Assembly (NCBI GenBank): GCA_030264375.1
Contig: JASCQW010000061.1
Coordinates: forward strand, 84,627,343-84,691,342
Length of the DNA stretch: 64,000 nucleotides
Direction: 5' to 3'
DNA from: Carcharhinus longimanus
Lineage: Eukaryota
The notes below the pieces were generated by a model. It was not told the origin of the DNA, did not search any database, and saw only the letters and a program-made list of their open reading frames with translations. Position numbers and translations under genes: made by a program. Within the stretch, counting starts at the first letter, position 1. Each line of letters starts with the position of its first letter. This document shows, piece by piece, positions 1 through 12,119 of this stretch.

Positions 1-176
1 AAAAATCTGATGGCAGCAGTGAAGAAGCTGTTCTTGAGTCAGTTGGTACGTTACCTCAGACTTTTGTATCATTTTCCCGATGGAAGAAGGTGGAAGAGAG
101 AATGTCCAGGTTGCGTGGGGTCCTTAATTATGCTGGCTGCTTTTTCGAGGCAGCAGGAACTTTAGACTGAGTCAAT
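1..176 (-). mobile_element. Rex1/Babar-type LINE fragment (window edge)
   Basis: Matches the longer copy at 63186-63835 (GAAGAAGCTGTTCTTGAG...GGTCCTTAATTATGCTGGCTGC). Confidence 0.75.
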
Positions 177-564
177 TTTTAAAAAGTTAAGACATTGGTT
201 GCTTAACAAATTGCACTCATACATCCAGGGAATGGAGTATCTGTAGGTTGCAAAGAGGTAGGCAGCTACTGGTGAAGTTCTGCAACTCTGATAGCTGAAA
301 GCATTGTTCCATGGGCTGTGGAATGTATTAATGCTATGGTTGGCGGGGTCATGCCAACCTTCACATTTTGGAGTGAGCCACATTGCTCACTGTGTTGTTC
401 AACTGACTGTGCTGTTTGAGGAGCACCCAGTACCTATTATCTACCTAGGATCTCAAGCCTTTACTTATCAACTATCTGATGGCCAACTAACAACTCCTCT
501 TGTCGTGCGTGTCAATTTGTACCAAGTGAAGAGATAGAAACTTGGAATCAAGTCAACCCTTGTT

Positions 565-910
565 TACAGCAATAATATTTTGCACTTATATAGTGTCTTT
601 AATGTAATAACTCTGCCCCTGACCCCTCTCTCTCTTCCTCACAGGAGCATTTTCAAACAAAATTTGACACCAAGCCACCTTCACAATATTGGGGCAGGTG
701 ACCAAAAGCTTAGTCAAAGTGATAGGTTTTAAGGAGCATCTTAAAGAAAGAGTCAGAGATAGTGAGGCAGAGAGGATTAGGGAGGCAGTTCCCAAGCCTA
801 TCAGCCAGGCAGTTTAAGGCACAGCTGCCAATGGAGGAGTGGTGAAAATCAAGGATGTGTGAGAGACTGGAATTAGAGGATTGTGGAGATCACAGTGGAT
901 TGGAGGAGGT
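565..910 (-). mobile_element. L2-type LINE 3' fragment
   Basis: TTTGACACCAAGCCAC...GGTGACCAAAAGCTTAGTCAAAG...GGTTTTAAGGAGCATCTTAAAG; the same motif series recurs at 6475, 35720 and 62180. Confidence 0.65.
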
Positions 911-3299
911 AAACCAATAGCTGAATCCAGTGTATGTACAGTATTCCAAGGCAAACCTTGATGGATTGGTCAGTTAACCATCCTCATGAATGAAGAGACT
1001 AGAGCTGTTCACGAGGATTCTTCCCACTTGTCTGTGGAGGTCGCTGCATGCCAACACCAAACATATATCCTAATTTCTATTGGCCAAACAATCTCCCTTC
1101 CTAACCATAGCAGTAATTTCATTCATTTTAACTGAGAACAAGCGAACCTCAAAACTAGAACAGCATGATTACTGATAACTAACCACCTCCAAAACTGAGG
1201 ACTAAAAGGAAATCAGAGGTTTAGCAAATGGAAATGGAGGAAAGGTTTTCCTTTAACTTTCAAAAACTTCTGGATACTTAATAGCTATTTTTTGTGCAAA
1301 AGCTTTTTGTAGAAGCTGCTTTCTTTTTGAATTAAATACTTGTGGAGATTCAGGTTTCCAAAGAGAGATGATTTAATATATTGGGGCAGAATTTGTCCGC
1401 GCAATGGTGAAACCTATCCTGTATGCTATCTAAAGTCATTGCTTTAATTCAAACTTCTCACTTTGAGTGGCCATAACCAGTGTGATACTGATTTGATATG
1501 TTAACTGAGCCATGAAAAAGCCATACTGAAAGTGTGTAAGAAATATTTGCAGCCTGGATTAATAGCTCAACAAAGATGATGAGTGCCTCTGCTGTACTTT
1601 CCGTTCTAATGATTTATAATAGAAATTCTCATGATACATTTTTTGTATTTTTCTTAAAAGATAAGTGGCTTGTGCATATTGGAAAGTTGACAATTGGAAA
1701 ACGGTCTTTTGTTTCCTTAGAGTGTGGCTGCTGCAGGACAGAATGTAGAATGGCAATCCACTAATTTATTACAAGTTGCATGCTGTGCGGGACATTTCAA
1801 AGATAACAATGACTTCTGCTAGCCACAGCTATTTTCATTTTTCTTTAGCAAGGGGAGCATGTCCCTTCAGGTCTACTATCCAAGCTTGCAAAGAATCAAA
1901 CCATCTTGGCCAATCAAAGATCTGCCTGATGACCTTTATCTCTTATCTCACTGTGATGCATTCTGAAGGCGAGAGCTGGTTAGAGTCAGGATCAGGGGGG
2001 CCCTACCGTGGTGTGATGGAAGATTTGAATCAAAGCAAATAGGGGCTCCTTGTACTTTTTTTCCACATGTCCTGCCAGCCTGCTGTATGGCTGCCACAAT
2101 GGTAACACAGGGAACAGCTTGATTTGCAGGGATTTACATGTGTGCTAATTAGAGTGGAATAAATGATTGGCTGCTTGCTGCATTGCCGTAAAGGGTGCCC
2201 AGATGTACACACTACGTGAACATAATGTGCACGGGCATGGCGCATCAAAGTTTGTCAGCTGCATTACCTCAGCAGGCTTAGGGCCTGTCGGAGAGGATTT
2301 GCTGATAATCATCCCTATGTTTCAGTACTTGACTTGGGGATGGGAGGGTGGGGGAGAATCAAATCCCCAAAGTCGTCATCCACTATCCCCAAAAAAACTC
2401 ACCCTTTTTATAAGTTATTACTAAACCTGAGCAAAATAACTGAGGAACGCAAACTATCAGTTAAGATACTCTGGCTGCAGGGAAAAGGGAAAATTAATTT
2501 GCTCATTGACTGTGCTGTGTTCAGTTTTTCAATGTGATATTTATCATCCCAAATCCCTTCTGTATTTGACTTACATTTTCGAAGAATGGATACACAATTT
2601 GTTGGCTTAAGTGTAAAACCTCTCAATAACTTGTTGGCTGTTGTTCGCGTAAGACTTCAAATATAACACCTTCAGACTGATCAGTGTATTGTGTACCCCT
2701 CAGTTTATACGTAGCTTTCTTTGAAGAGGAAGTGGTAATTGTTTCGGGTAAGTGTCAAATCACGTGCTGACTTTATTCAGAGACTAGTGATGTATCCCTG
2801 AGACTGTGATTGTCTCCTTTTTCAAATAATAATACCGAAAAATACATCATATGACCAGTAGAGAGGAAATTATTTTAAAAAGACGAATTATGATCACATT
2901 TTTGCACTATAAAATTGTTGGTTGGGCAAATATTTTCTGTTCAATTATTTCCTGCTTGCACATTCCTTGGTATTTTCATCCACAACAGTCGCCTAAAGCT
3001 GGTGAAAGTTTGTTTCTAGGGATGCCAAAGTGCCAGTTCCTGTTGAACTGGAAAAAGAGAGAGTTTAGTAGCTCTGTTAAAAAATTCTCGCTCAGGCTGC
3101 TTTGCTGACCTTTGCGCCTGTTCTAGTCGCTACGTTACGACAATGGCAACACTTCAAAAGTGCTTCATTAGTTATAAACTGATTTGGCATGTTCTGAAAC
3201 TCTGAAAAATGCCCCTCTGAAACTTCCTATCAATATTCCTTGGCACAAACCTTCATAAAATTTATTTTTTTCATTGTATTGTGTGTCAGCCATGGCTCA

Positions 3300-3570
3300 G
3301 GTGACATGGTGGCACAGTGGTTAGCACTGCTGCCTCAGAGCGCCGGAGACTCGGGTTCAATTCCCGGCACAGTCTGCATGGGTTTCCTCCGAGTGCTCCG
3401 ATTTCCTGCGAAAGACATGCTGGTTAGGTGCATTGGCCATGCTAAATTCTCCCCCAGTGTATCCGAACAGGCGCCGAAGTGTGGTGACCAGGGGATTTTC
3501 ACAGTAACTTCATTGTAGTGTTAATGTAAGCCTACTTGTAACACTAATAAATAAATGTAAAGCTTAAACT
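3300..3570 (+). mobile_element. tRNA-derived V-SINE (HE1-like head, alternative 3' tail)
   Basis: A-box TGGCACAGTGG, B-box GGTTCAATTCC, V-domain GGGTTTCCTCCGAGTGCTCCG, tail ...CCTACTTGTAACACTAATAAA. Confidence 0.85.
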
Positions 3571-3589
3571 TATGATGGCAGTTGGTTAG

Positions 3590-3965
3590 GAGGCTGTAGG
3601 TTCATGTCCTCGTCCAGGACTTGAGCACAACAATCCAAGTTGTGACTCCAGTGCAGTACTGAGGGACTGCTGCACCGGCGGAGATAAATTTCAGATGAGA
3701 TGTTAAATCGAGGCCTTGGGCTGCCCTCTAGGGTGGATGTGGAAGACTCAATTTCACTGTTCTGAAGAATCTGATTGGGAGTTATCCCCAGTGCCCTGGT
3801 CAGTTTTTTGGTCATGATCAGTTTGTGGGAGCTTGCTTTGTGAAGATTGGTTACCATATTTCCTACATTACAAAAGTGACCATTTCAAAATTAGTTAATT
3901 GGCTATAAAGCACTTTGTGGTGTCCAGTGGTTTTGAAAGAAGCTATATAACTGCAAGTTTGTTTT
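3590..3965 (+). mobile_element. DeuSINE (SacSINE1-like)
   Basis: CAGTGCAGTACTGAGGGACTGCTGCAC...GATGAGATGTTAAATCGAGGCC...GTGGGAGCTTGCT; shared with copies at 10652, 19563, 46450 and 60535. Confidence 0.75.
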
Positions 3966-4314
3966 AACTTGCTGTCAAAATTCAATGTTATGACATTGAA
4001 ATTATCCAAACAAACTTTTAATAGGCTTTTAACAAGCCTCTGCTCCTGACAGCATGAAAAAATGCAATAACCAAGTCCAGATTTGTTTTTGATGGAAATA
4101 TGACTTCTGTTATTTGCAACTATATTGACTATAAGCATTTCTTGTTCATCTCAATTTATTCCAAAGAAAATAGTTTGCATTTTAATTGAGAAACGTGCAA
4201 TAATTTTAAGTAGATGGATTTATGCTTTATACTGACATCAATTTGTATATAAAATTCTTGCTTGCTGCAATTTGGTCCATGGAAATAGTGTACAATGAAT
4301 AAATCTTCCTGTGT

Positions 4315-5100
4315 GATTTGCTTATGCTAACTGCCTCACTTTATTTGATGCTGAAATCCTCACCAGTGTACTTGTTACCTCTGGACTTGGCTATTCTAAT
4401 CCTTCCTCTGGCCATCCTCAGATCTCCCACTATACACAAACTTGTGCCCATCAAAGACACCACCACCATTCATCACTGGATGTGGCAGGACTGCAGAGCT
4501 TAGATATGACCCTTCCATTGTGGAATTGCTTAGCTTTGTCTATTGCATGCTGCTTATGTTGTAGCTTCACCAGGTTGACACCTCATTTTTGGGTGTGCTT
4601 GCTGCTGCACTTAGCATGCCCTCCTGCGCTCTTCACTGAATTCACACTAAATCCTGTTCACCCATCATCCCTGTACTTGCTGACCTGCAGTGGCTCCCAA
4701 TCCAGCAATGCCTGGGTTTTAAAATTCTTACTCTTGGCTCTTAAATCTTTCCATGGCCTCTCCCGTCTCTAACTGTGTAACCACATCTACCCTTTCAAAC
4801 CTTTGACATCGCTCTGGTCCTACATTTCTAATCTCTTGCACATCCTGAGTTTTAATCTCTCCATCATTATGGCTGTATCTTCAACTGCTATGCTCTAAGC
4901 ACTGGAATTTCCTCTCAAAACTTCTCCATCTCTACTTTGCCTCTTTTACAATACTCCTTAAAACCAACATCTTTGACCAAACTTTTCTTCTTCTGACCTA
5001 ATACCTCCTTTGGTGGACAGAGGGTCAAATTTTGTTAGATAATATTCATGTGAATTGCTGTGGAATGTTTTAATATGTTCTTGGTGCTGTGTAAATGCAT
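4315..5100 (+). mobile_element. L2-type LINE 3' fragment
   Basis: CCTGTTCACCCATCATCCCTGTACTTGCTGACC...CTCCTTAAAACCAACATCTTTGACCAAAC; similar to 52150-52735. Confidence 0.65.
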
Positions 5101-5169
5101 GTTTTAATTTGATTTATTATTGTCACATGTATTAGTATACAGTAAAAAGTATTGTTCTTGCGTGCTATA
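5101..5169 (-). mobile_element. Rex1/Babar LINE 3' terminus (left part of a split copy)
   Basis: TTTGATTTATTATTGTCACATGTATTAGTATACAG, as at 20657, 40278 and 63196; the element resumes at 6002. Confidence 0.8.
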
Positions 5170-5530
5170 GGGAGGAAGTGATAGCCTAATGGCATTATAG
5201 CTAGATTATTAATCCAGAAACTTAGCTAATGTTCTGGGACCCGGGTTCAAATCTCACCAAGGCAGCTGGTGGAAATTGAATTCAATAAAAAATATCTGGA
5301 ATTAAGAATCTGCTGATGACCATGAAACCACTGTTGATTGTCGAAAAACCCATCTGGTCCGCTAATGCCCTTTAGGGAAGGAAATCTGCCATCCTTACCT
5401 AGTCTGGCCTACATGTGACTCCAGAATCACAGTAATGTGGTTGACTCTCAACTGCCCTTGACTAACTAGGGATGGGCAAAAAACGCTGGCCAGCCAGAGA
5501 CATTCATGTTTCATGAATGAATTAAAAAAA
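5170..5530 (+). mobile_element. tRNA-derived SINE, family B (GGAAGGAAATCTGCC core, LINE-derived tail)
   Basis: B-box GGGTTCAAATCTC, core AGGGAAGGAAATCTGCCATCCTTACC...GTGACTCCAG, tail ATGAATGAATTAAAAAAA; other copies at 40820 and 45846. Confidence 0.8.
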
Positions 5531-5539
5531 ATACACTTC

Positions 5540-5577
5540 AACTCTGACGGAGAGTCATCCAGACTTGAAATTTTGGT
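5540..5577 (+). ncRNA. Degenerate Penelope-type hammerhead ribozyme remnant
   Basis: CTGACGG-A-GAGTC/ATCCA/GACTT-GAAA; same stem II as the Penelope ends at 26520 and 48960-49020; core A9 mutated. Confidence 0.5.
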
Positions 5578-5660
5578 ATCAGGATGGCCGAGGGGTCTAA
5601 GGCACTGTGTTCAGGTTATAGTTTCCTCTGGAGGCGTGAGTTCGAGTCCCACTCCTGATA
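5578..5660 (+). pseudogene. tRNA-Leu(CAG) copy, probably a pseudogene
   Basis: 83-nt type II cloverleaf: acceptor ATCAGGA/TCCTGAT, anticodon CAG at 5612-5614, long variable arm, T-loop TTCGAGT. About 12 mostly transition differences from the recalled vertebrate tRNA-Leu-CAG, including an A-C mismatch in the T-stem. Confidence 0.85.
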
Positions 5661-5668
5661 TTGATTTG

Positions 5669-6001
5669 GGGCGGCATGGTGGCACAGTGGTTAGCATTGC
5701 TGCCTCATAGTGCCAGGGACCCGGGTTCGATTCCCAGCTTGGGTCACTGTCCGTGCGGAGTTTGCACATTCTCCCTGTACCTGCGTGGGTTTTCTCCGGG
5801 TGCTCCGGTTTCCTCCTACAGTCCTAAGATGTGCAGGCTAGGTGGATTGGCGATACTGAATTGCCCCTTAGTGTCAGGGGAACTAGCTAGGGTAAATTCA
5901 TGGGGTTATGGGGATTCTGTCTGGGTGGGAATGTGGTCGGTGCAGACTCGATGGGCCAAATGGCCTCCTTCTGCACCGTAGGGATTCTAATATATTCTAT
6001 A
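5669..6001 (+). mobile_element. HE1 V-SINE, full length
   Basis: tRNA head (TGGCACAGTGG, GGTTCGATTCC), V-domain GGGTGCTCCGGTTTCCTCC, CR1-like tail GATGGGCCAAATGGCCTCCTTCTGCACCGTAGGGATTCTA. Confidence 0.9.
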
Positions 6002-6210
6002 TAGGCAAAGTATACTATTCATAGAGAAGGAAAGGAGAGGATGCAGAATGTAGTGTTTCAATCATTGCTACGGTGTAGAGAAAGATCAACTTAATGCAAG
6101 GAAGATCCATTCAAAAGTCTGATAGCAGCAGGAAAGAAGCTGTTCTTGAGCTGTTTGGGATGTGTCATCAGACTTTTGCATCCTTTTCCCGATGGAAGAG
6201 GGTAGAAGAG
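6002..6210 (-). mobile_element. Rex1/Babar LINE (right part of the split copy)
   Basis: Continues the 63186 copy from the point where 5101-5169 stops (...GCAAAGTATACTATTCATAGAGAAGG). Confidence 0.8.
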
Positions 6211-6474
6211 TTGTTGTTGTTAGATGACACTGCTACCAGACCCCAGCAGCAGACAAACAGGGGTAAGTCCCTGTACTTACCCCTTTCATTCTTATCACAG
6301 CATCTTTGACCATGCCCTCCGAGCCCTACAGCACGGCTCCCTGCTCCTTCTTGGTTCCAGTTTCTGGCTGCCAGGCCCTCCTGCAGCTTCTGCGCTGCCC
6401 ATCATTCCCTTGGGCTAAAATTGACACTCACCCAACGGCCTCACCCTAAAGGACAATATATCATTTCTGTGGCT

Positions 6475-6810
6475 ACTAACAACAGCATCTATTTTCATTT
6501 TTATTTGACTTGTAATGTAGTAAACATCCTAACCACTTGATTGGAGTGTTATCAGACAAAACCTGACACCAAACCACAGAAGGCGATTTTGGGACATGTG
6601 ACCATAAGCTTGGTTGAAGGGGTAGATATTAAGAATTGTTAAAGAATGGGAAGTAGGGAGGTGGAGAAGTTAATGAGGGAATTCCAGCACGTAGGGTCAA
6701 TGCAGCCAAAGTAATGCCCACCAATGGAGTGATTGGAATTGGTGATGTGTAGGGCCAGAACTGGAGGAGCATAAAGATCTTTCAGGATTGTGAGATGGGA
6801 GGAGTGTCCA
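6475..6810 (-). mobile_element. L2-type LINE 3' fragment
   Basis: CCTGACACCAAACCACAG...GTGACCATAAGCTTGGTTGAAG, as at 565-910. Confidence 0.6.
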
Positions 6811-9581
6811 AACTGGGATTGGCTTCCAGTAGACTGAACAACGTTTGGGAAAAAGGAGAATGTGAGATGCAGAATTTACAGTTACACAAACCTGACCTTC
6901 AGAAATGGCCACCCACTGGTAAGATTTTTGGTCTGGTGGGAGGGCTGGATTCAACACTGGTGTGGGCGACCTTGGAAGAAATGGGGAAGATCCCAGGTGC
7001 AGATGCCAAGTCAGCCAGGGGGGCTTTGGGGATCCAGATATTTGTGAAAAATTTAAAAATAGAGAGTAAATCATGAAATGTCTCACCACCTTCCACCTCC
7101 CTCCAACCCTGACCCAGTCCCCATGTTCTAACCCTGCCACCTCATCCCCCTGCTCCTCCATCCTCTCTCGCCCATAAGCCCTGTTACCATCCAAGTCAAC
7201 CTATGCCCCCCATCCACCCCCTAAACAATTATACTGTCCTTGCCAACTGATCAGTCCAACCCACCCCATAACTCCTTTATTCCCTCCATGCATCCACCCA
7301 TCCCTTTTGCCCCTGCATTAATTCCTATTGCTTTTCCATTCCCTGTGCCAACCTATTCTTCTCTATACATTCCCCTCATATCACTCCTACACCAATTTAG
7401 TGCCAACTCGTGTCAGCCCATGTCCCCTTTCCACACCGTTTGTCCTTATATCTACCATGCTGATTCACCAGTATCCACCATGGGTTGACTGCAGGACCCA
7501 TGCAGAGATGAAATAAAATAGAGTTCAAATTGTCTGTTGCAGACTTTGCTTTATTGGACAAAATCACTTTCATTTTTAAAAAAACACTTATTACATCTAC
7601 ATTCCTTAAACTTGATAAAGCTTTATAACAATAAGCACTCCACTGAAGTGCAAAATTCTTTAAAACAAGAAGCATTAGAATTCATAGTCCCATATCGAAG
7701 AATCAATAACCATTTGCAGCTATTGATCAAACTGTGAAATGACAGGCACTCCGCTGCGCTACTGGATGATTGTAGATCGTGCAGCAATAACCCAGTCAAG
7801 AAAGTCCTCAGTCTTATGTCAACAGACAGAATGAAATTTCAAGTAATCGTTCTTTTTAACAAATTGGACATTTTATTTTCAAAGATTTAACGGACAGGAT
7901 TTTTAAATGCCTTGACAGTTCCCCTTTGATAGCTCCCTTTGATGGTGTTTCTGGCCGTTATGACAGTTAATTTTGACAGCTCTATTGACTGTTCCAATGA
8001 GTTTGACAGTAATGGGTTTATGCACCTTTTATGCAATTTATGCCTACTTTCAACAATTCCAAAAAGGGCACCGCATCTTTCCCAAGCATGTCCCAGGACC
8101 AGATCCAAAGGGATGACTTATCTCTCCAAAAGGGTACCCTGGCTATCCAAACAAATCCACAAAGTTCAGCCCTGCTCTTGGTCTAATCTACACACTCCGG
8201 GTTTCACACCCCTTCAGTGGAGGCAGCAGATGATTGAAATGGTTAGCTGCCTCCAAATGTGTGAAATTCCCTCACAAAAATGGGAATTGCAATGTTCAGG
8301 AGTAGAATTGTGGATCTTCAAACATTTCTGCAGTTTCCACAGAGAGCTATTCTGTCATGCCAAAGATCTGGGCTGAAGACAGAGACACATACAATGAAAT
8401 AGTGAGAAACTTTGAGAGGCACAGTTGGTAGGGAACACTTGGAATAGGAGTGAAATGTAGAGGAAGTACATACAGGACAAACAAAGAAATGAAGAGACAG
8501 GGAAGAAAAGCATTTAAGAATGGGATTAAGAAAAGATTTGGATACTGCTACAGAAATGAAATTGAAAGTGCATGGGAGACAAAGAAAAAAAGGAAAGGCC
8601 AGATAAAATGCAATATAAATAGAAAAGAGAACATCACAGAGTAGATGATCAAAATAGAGAGCCACTGGGAGAGGTTTTAACTCCCTTAAAGCTCATCCAT
8701 TCGCACTGTTAAAATTGAACCCAATTTACTTTTTACATTTGTCTGTCAGCAGTGCCAGGAAAATTAACTGGTTGTATTAAAAGTGGTTGATCAAATATGG
8801 GTTATAATCATTAAGAATTTTTTTCCCCATTTCATAATTAAACTCTTAGTGAGACTTACTTAACAATGTTTTAATTTTATTTTTATTGATCATTTGCATT
8901 TTTTAGCCTTCTATATTCAATTATGCTTAGCATTTGTTACTATTTTGTTTTTTGAATATAATAACACAGCCTTGCTTAAGAATACAATTAGTTTTATTAT
9001 ATGTTATCTGTTCACACCGTGTACAATACTCATGTCAGTTTTATGGTCATCGAGTTATTTGGGCTATTATTTGCAATCTAATACCTTGATTGTCTGGCCA
9101 TCGCCATGATGACTTAAAACTAGATTTGGGAATCAATTAAAACTGTTTCATAAAATTATTTAATTTTCTATTATACTGCACAATTTCTTTTTCCCTTTTC
9201 TGATAATTAGACTTAATTATGTTACCACCACAAGTGGTTAAGATATTTTCTATGGATAAGTTTACATCAATTTAATTGTCTTTGTCATATATCATTCAGT
9301 TTTATGTTTAACCCGTGCTAAAAGCACATAAATGAATTGCACTTTAGTTGAGCACAAGGTAATAAAATTTTAAATGAAGTGAATATGTTTGTGAAAACTG
9401 TAGACTCTATTATCAACTGCATCCGTACAGCAATATTTTGAATAAAAGAATAATTAGTTTGAAGATAATGCAGCATTAAACTTAAATACAGCATGCAAAG
9501 TACTAAAGATACCATATTGAATCACACTATTTCAGAGGCTGTGTGAGAATCTTCTGACGTTTCTTTGTAAAAGAATTTGGA

Positions 9582-9775
9582 AATGGAAAAAGAATACTCA
9601 ATGATTTTTTGTGGTAATAATATTTAAATGGAAAGAAAAACTCAATTCTGTTGTAATATTTCAATGAAAAAAACTCTTTTTTTGTGGTAATTATATTTAG
9701 ATGGAAAAACAACTCTGGTAATACTTCAATGGGGAAAAATATACTCAGAATATATTTTGTGGCAATAATATTTAG
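9582..9775 (+). repeat. Degenerate minisatellite, about 5 units of 29-47 bp
   Basis: Repeated AATGGAAAAA..ACTC..GTGGTAATAATATTT. Confidence 0.7.
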
Positions 9776-10314
9776 TGTGGGGACAAGATCTGCTACAGAT
9801 TCGTGCTGTTTCTTCCTTATTGGTTGTAACCTTAAAACCCAACTATTCCACGTCAGTAACTCTTTCGTTGCTGTGTATTTAACAAGATTGAACGGGGCCT
9901 TGCTGATTTGTAAAATATAAGTTCTTTAACCCCAGAGTTATGAGGGGGTAGGAACAAGAAATAGCCTTCCAGGGTAAAGTCAGTAATCCCCCATACCCAT
10001 CACACAAGCTGCATCAAAGAAACCTCTAGGAAGAGTTGTCACCCAGATTTTCTGCCTTTGAACGGCAGTCCTCAGTGGGAAAGTGTGATGGCTGAATTTA
10101 CTTACAGATTCTTTGTCTGCATTCTGAACAACATGGTGCGAATCAGAATTTTTACCATTCAATGTTCTCGTTCTTAAACCTTTCGACTGAAAACAGCAAG
10201 ATTTTTGAGCTTCTGCTAAGCAATAGGAACTGGCACATTTTACGACTGAAGCCCATTTTTGAAGTTCCCTTGTGTACAAATCTTTGTAAAGAGTTCTTGA
10301 TATTTTCCTGTTGT

Positions 10315-10649
10315 GAATCATAGAATCCCTACAGTACAAAGAGAGGCCATTCGGCTCATCGAGTCTGCACCGAACACAATCCCACCCAGGAATTACCCCC
10401 ATATCCCTACATATTTACCCACTAATTCTTCTAACCTATGCATTTCAGGACACTAAGGGCAATTTTAGCATGGCCAGTCAACGTAACTCGCACATCTTTG
10501 GACTGTGGGAGGAAACCGGAGCACCCGAAGGAAACCCACATGAGGAGAATGTGCAAACTCCACATGGACAGTGACCCGAGCTGGGAATCGAACCCAGGTC
10601 CCTGGAGCTGTAAAACAGCAGTGCTAACCACTGTGCTACCGTGCCACCC
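10315..10649 (-). mobile_element. HE1 V-SINE
   Basis: Reverse complement of the 5669-6001 family (GTGGGAGGAAACCGGAGCACCCG...GCAGTGCTAACCACTGTGCTACCGTGCC). Confidence 0.9.
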
Positions 10650-10651
10650 CT

Positions 10652-11095
10652 TTGGCTCAGTGGGGTAGCATTGTTGCTGTTGAGTCAAAGGGTTGTGAAT
10701 ACAAATCCAGTGATAGAATATAAAATTCAGACTGACATACCGGGGAAATACTGAGGGAGTGCTGTACTTTCTGAAGTGCTTTCTTTCAGCTGAGAGGTTA
10801 AACCAGGGTTCTATCTGCCCTGTCAGATGAATGTTAATGTTCACTTCTCACTATTTTACAGAAGAGCAGGGAGTTATCCCTACTCTCCTGGGCAATATTA
10901 ATCCCTGAAAATCAGCATCACTAACTCAGATTATCTGGTATTATCATATTGCAATTTGTGGGAGCTTGCTGTTCCCAATTTGGTTGCCATGTTTCCTACG
11001 TGAGAACATGGTTCAAAAGTGCGTCATTGACTGTAGAAGGCTTGGAGATGTCCTGTGGCTGTGAGTATGATGTAAGTATAAGTCTTTCTTTCTTT
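10652..11095 (+). mobile_element. DeuSINE (SacSINE1-like), near full length
   Basis: Head TGGCTCAGTGGGGTAGC, core TACTGAGGGAGTGCTG...GAAGAGCAGGGAGTTATCCC, tail ending TCTTTCTTT. Confidence 0.8.
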
Positions 11096-11586
11096 ACAAT
11101 ACATAATGCATCCGTAGCCTACCTACAGTGCCAAAGGAGGCCATTCATCCCATCGAGTCTGCACTGCCTGTCTGAAAGAGCATCACCTGATTTGCATTTT
11201 TCAGTATCTCCCAGTGACTGTTCATAACTGAATGGGGCAAAGGCCTCTTACTGTGACATGTAGACAATGCCTATACAGGATAGTGGATCAAAATCAGATG
11301 TTAGATTGTACTGTAAGGGCCAATCCAATGCAAAATGGCAAGTACTGTCTTTAGGCTGTGTAAGTCTCTGTTGCATCCACATTGTATTACTAATGCTGGT
11401 CCTCTCACATGATGAAAGATGTTGAGATTCTGGAGGAAATGTAAAGGAAGGCAAGTCACTAGATTAATAGCTAAGCTCATGGCTACCAGTTATGAGAATG
11501 GGCTCCTAGCGTTCTGATACTTACTTTAGAGAAACATGAGTTTAGATATGTAAATAGTGTAGATGGAAGCATTAAATTATACGTTG

Positions 11587-12112
11587 AGTCATAGAGGTTT
11601 ACAGCATGGAAGCAGGCCCTTTGGCCCAATTTGTCCATGCTGCCCAGTTTTTACCATTAAGCTAATTGCCCATATTTGGCCCATATCCCTCTGTACCCAT
11701 TTTATCCATGTAACTGTCTAAATGTTTTTAAAAAGGCTAAATAGTACCCGCCTCTACTACTACTTCTGGCAGCTTGTTCCAGACACTCACCACCCTCTGT
11801 GTGAAAGAATTGCCCCTCTAGATACTTTTGTATCTCTCCCCTCTCAACTTAAACCTATGCCCTCTGGCTGTTGACTCTCCTACTGTTGGGAAAAGATATT
11901 GACTATCTAACTGATCTATGCCCCTCATTATTTTATAGACCTCTATATGATCACCCCTAAGCTCCGATGCTCCAGAGAAAAAAGTCCTGGTCTATCCAGC
12001 CTCTCCTTATAACTCAATCCATCAAGTTCCGGTAGCATCCTAGTAAATCTTTCCTGCACGCTCTCTAGTTTAATAATATCCTTTCCATAATATGGTGACT
12101 AGAAGTGTAACA
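11587..12112 (-). mobile_element. CR1 LINE 3' fragment
   Basis: CAGACACTCACCACCCTCTGTGTGAAAG...ATCCTAGTAAATCTTTCCTGCAC, typical of the reverse CR1 ORF2 C-terminus and 3' UTR. Confidence 0.75.
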
Positions 12113-12119
12113 CAATAAA

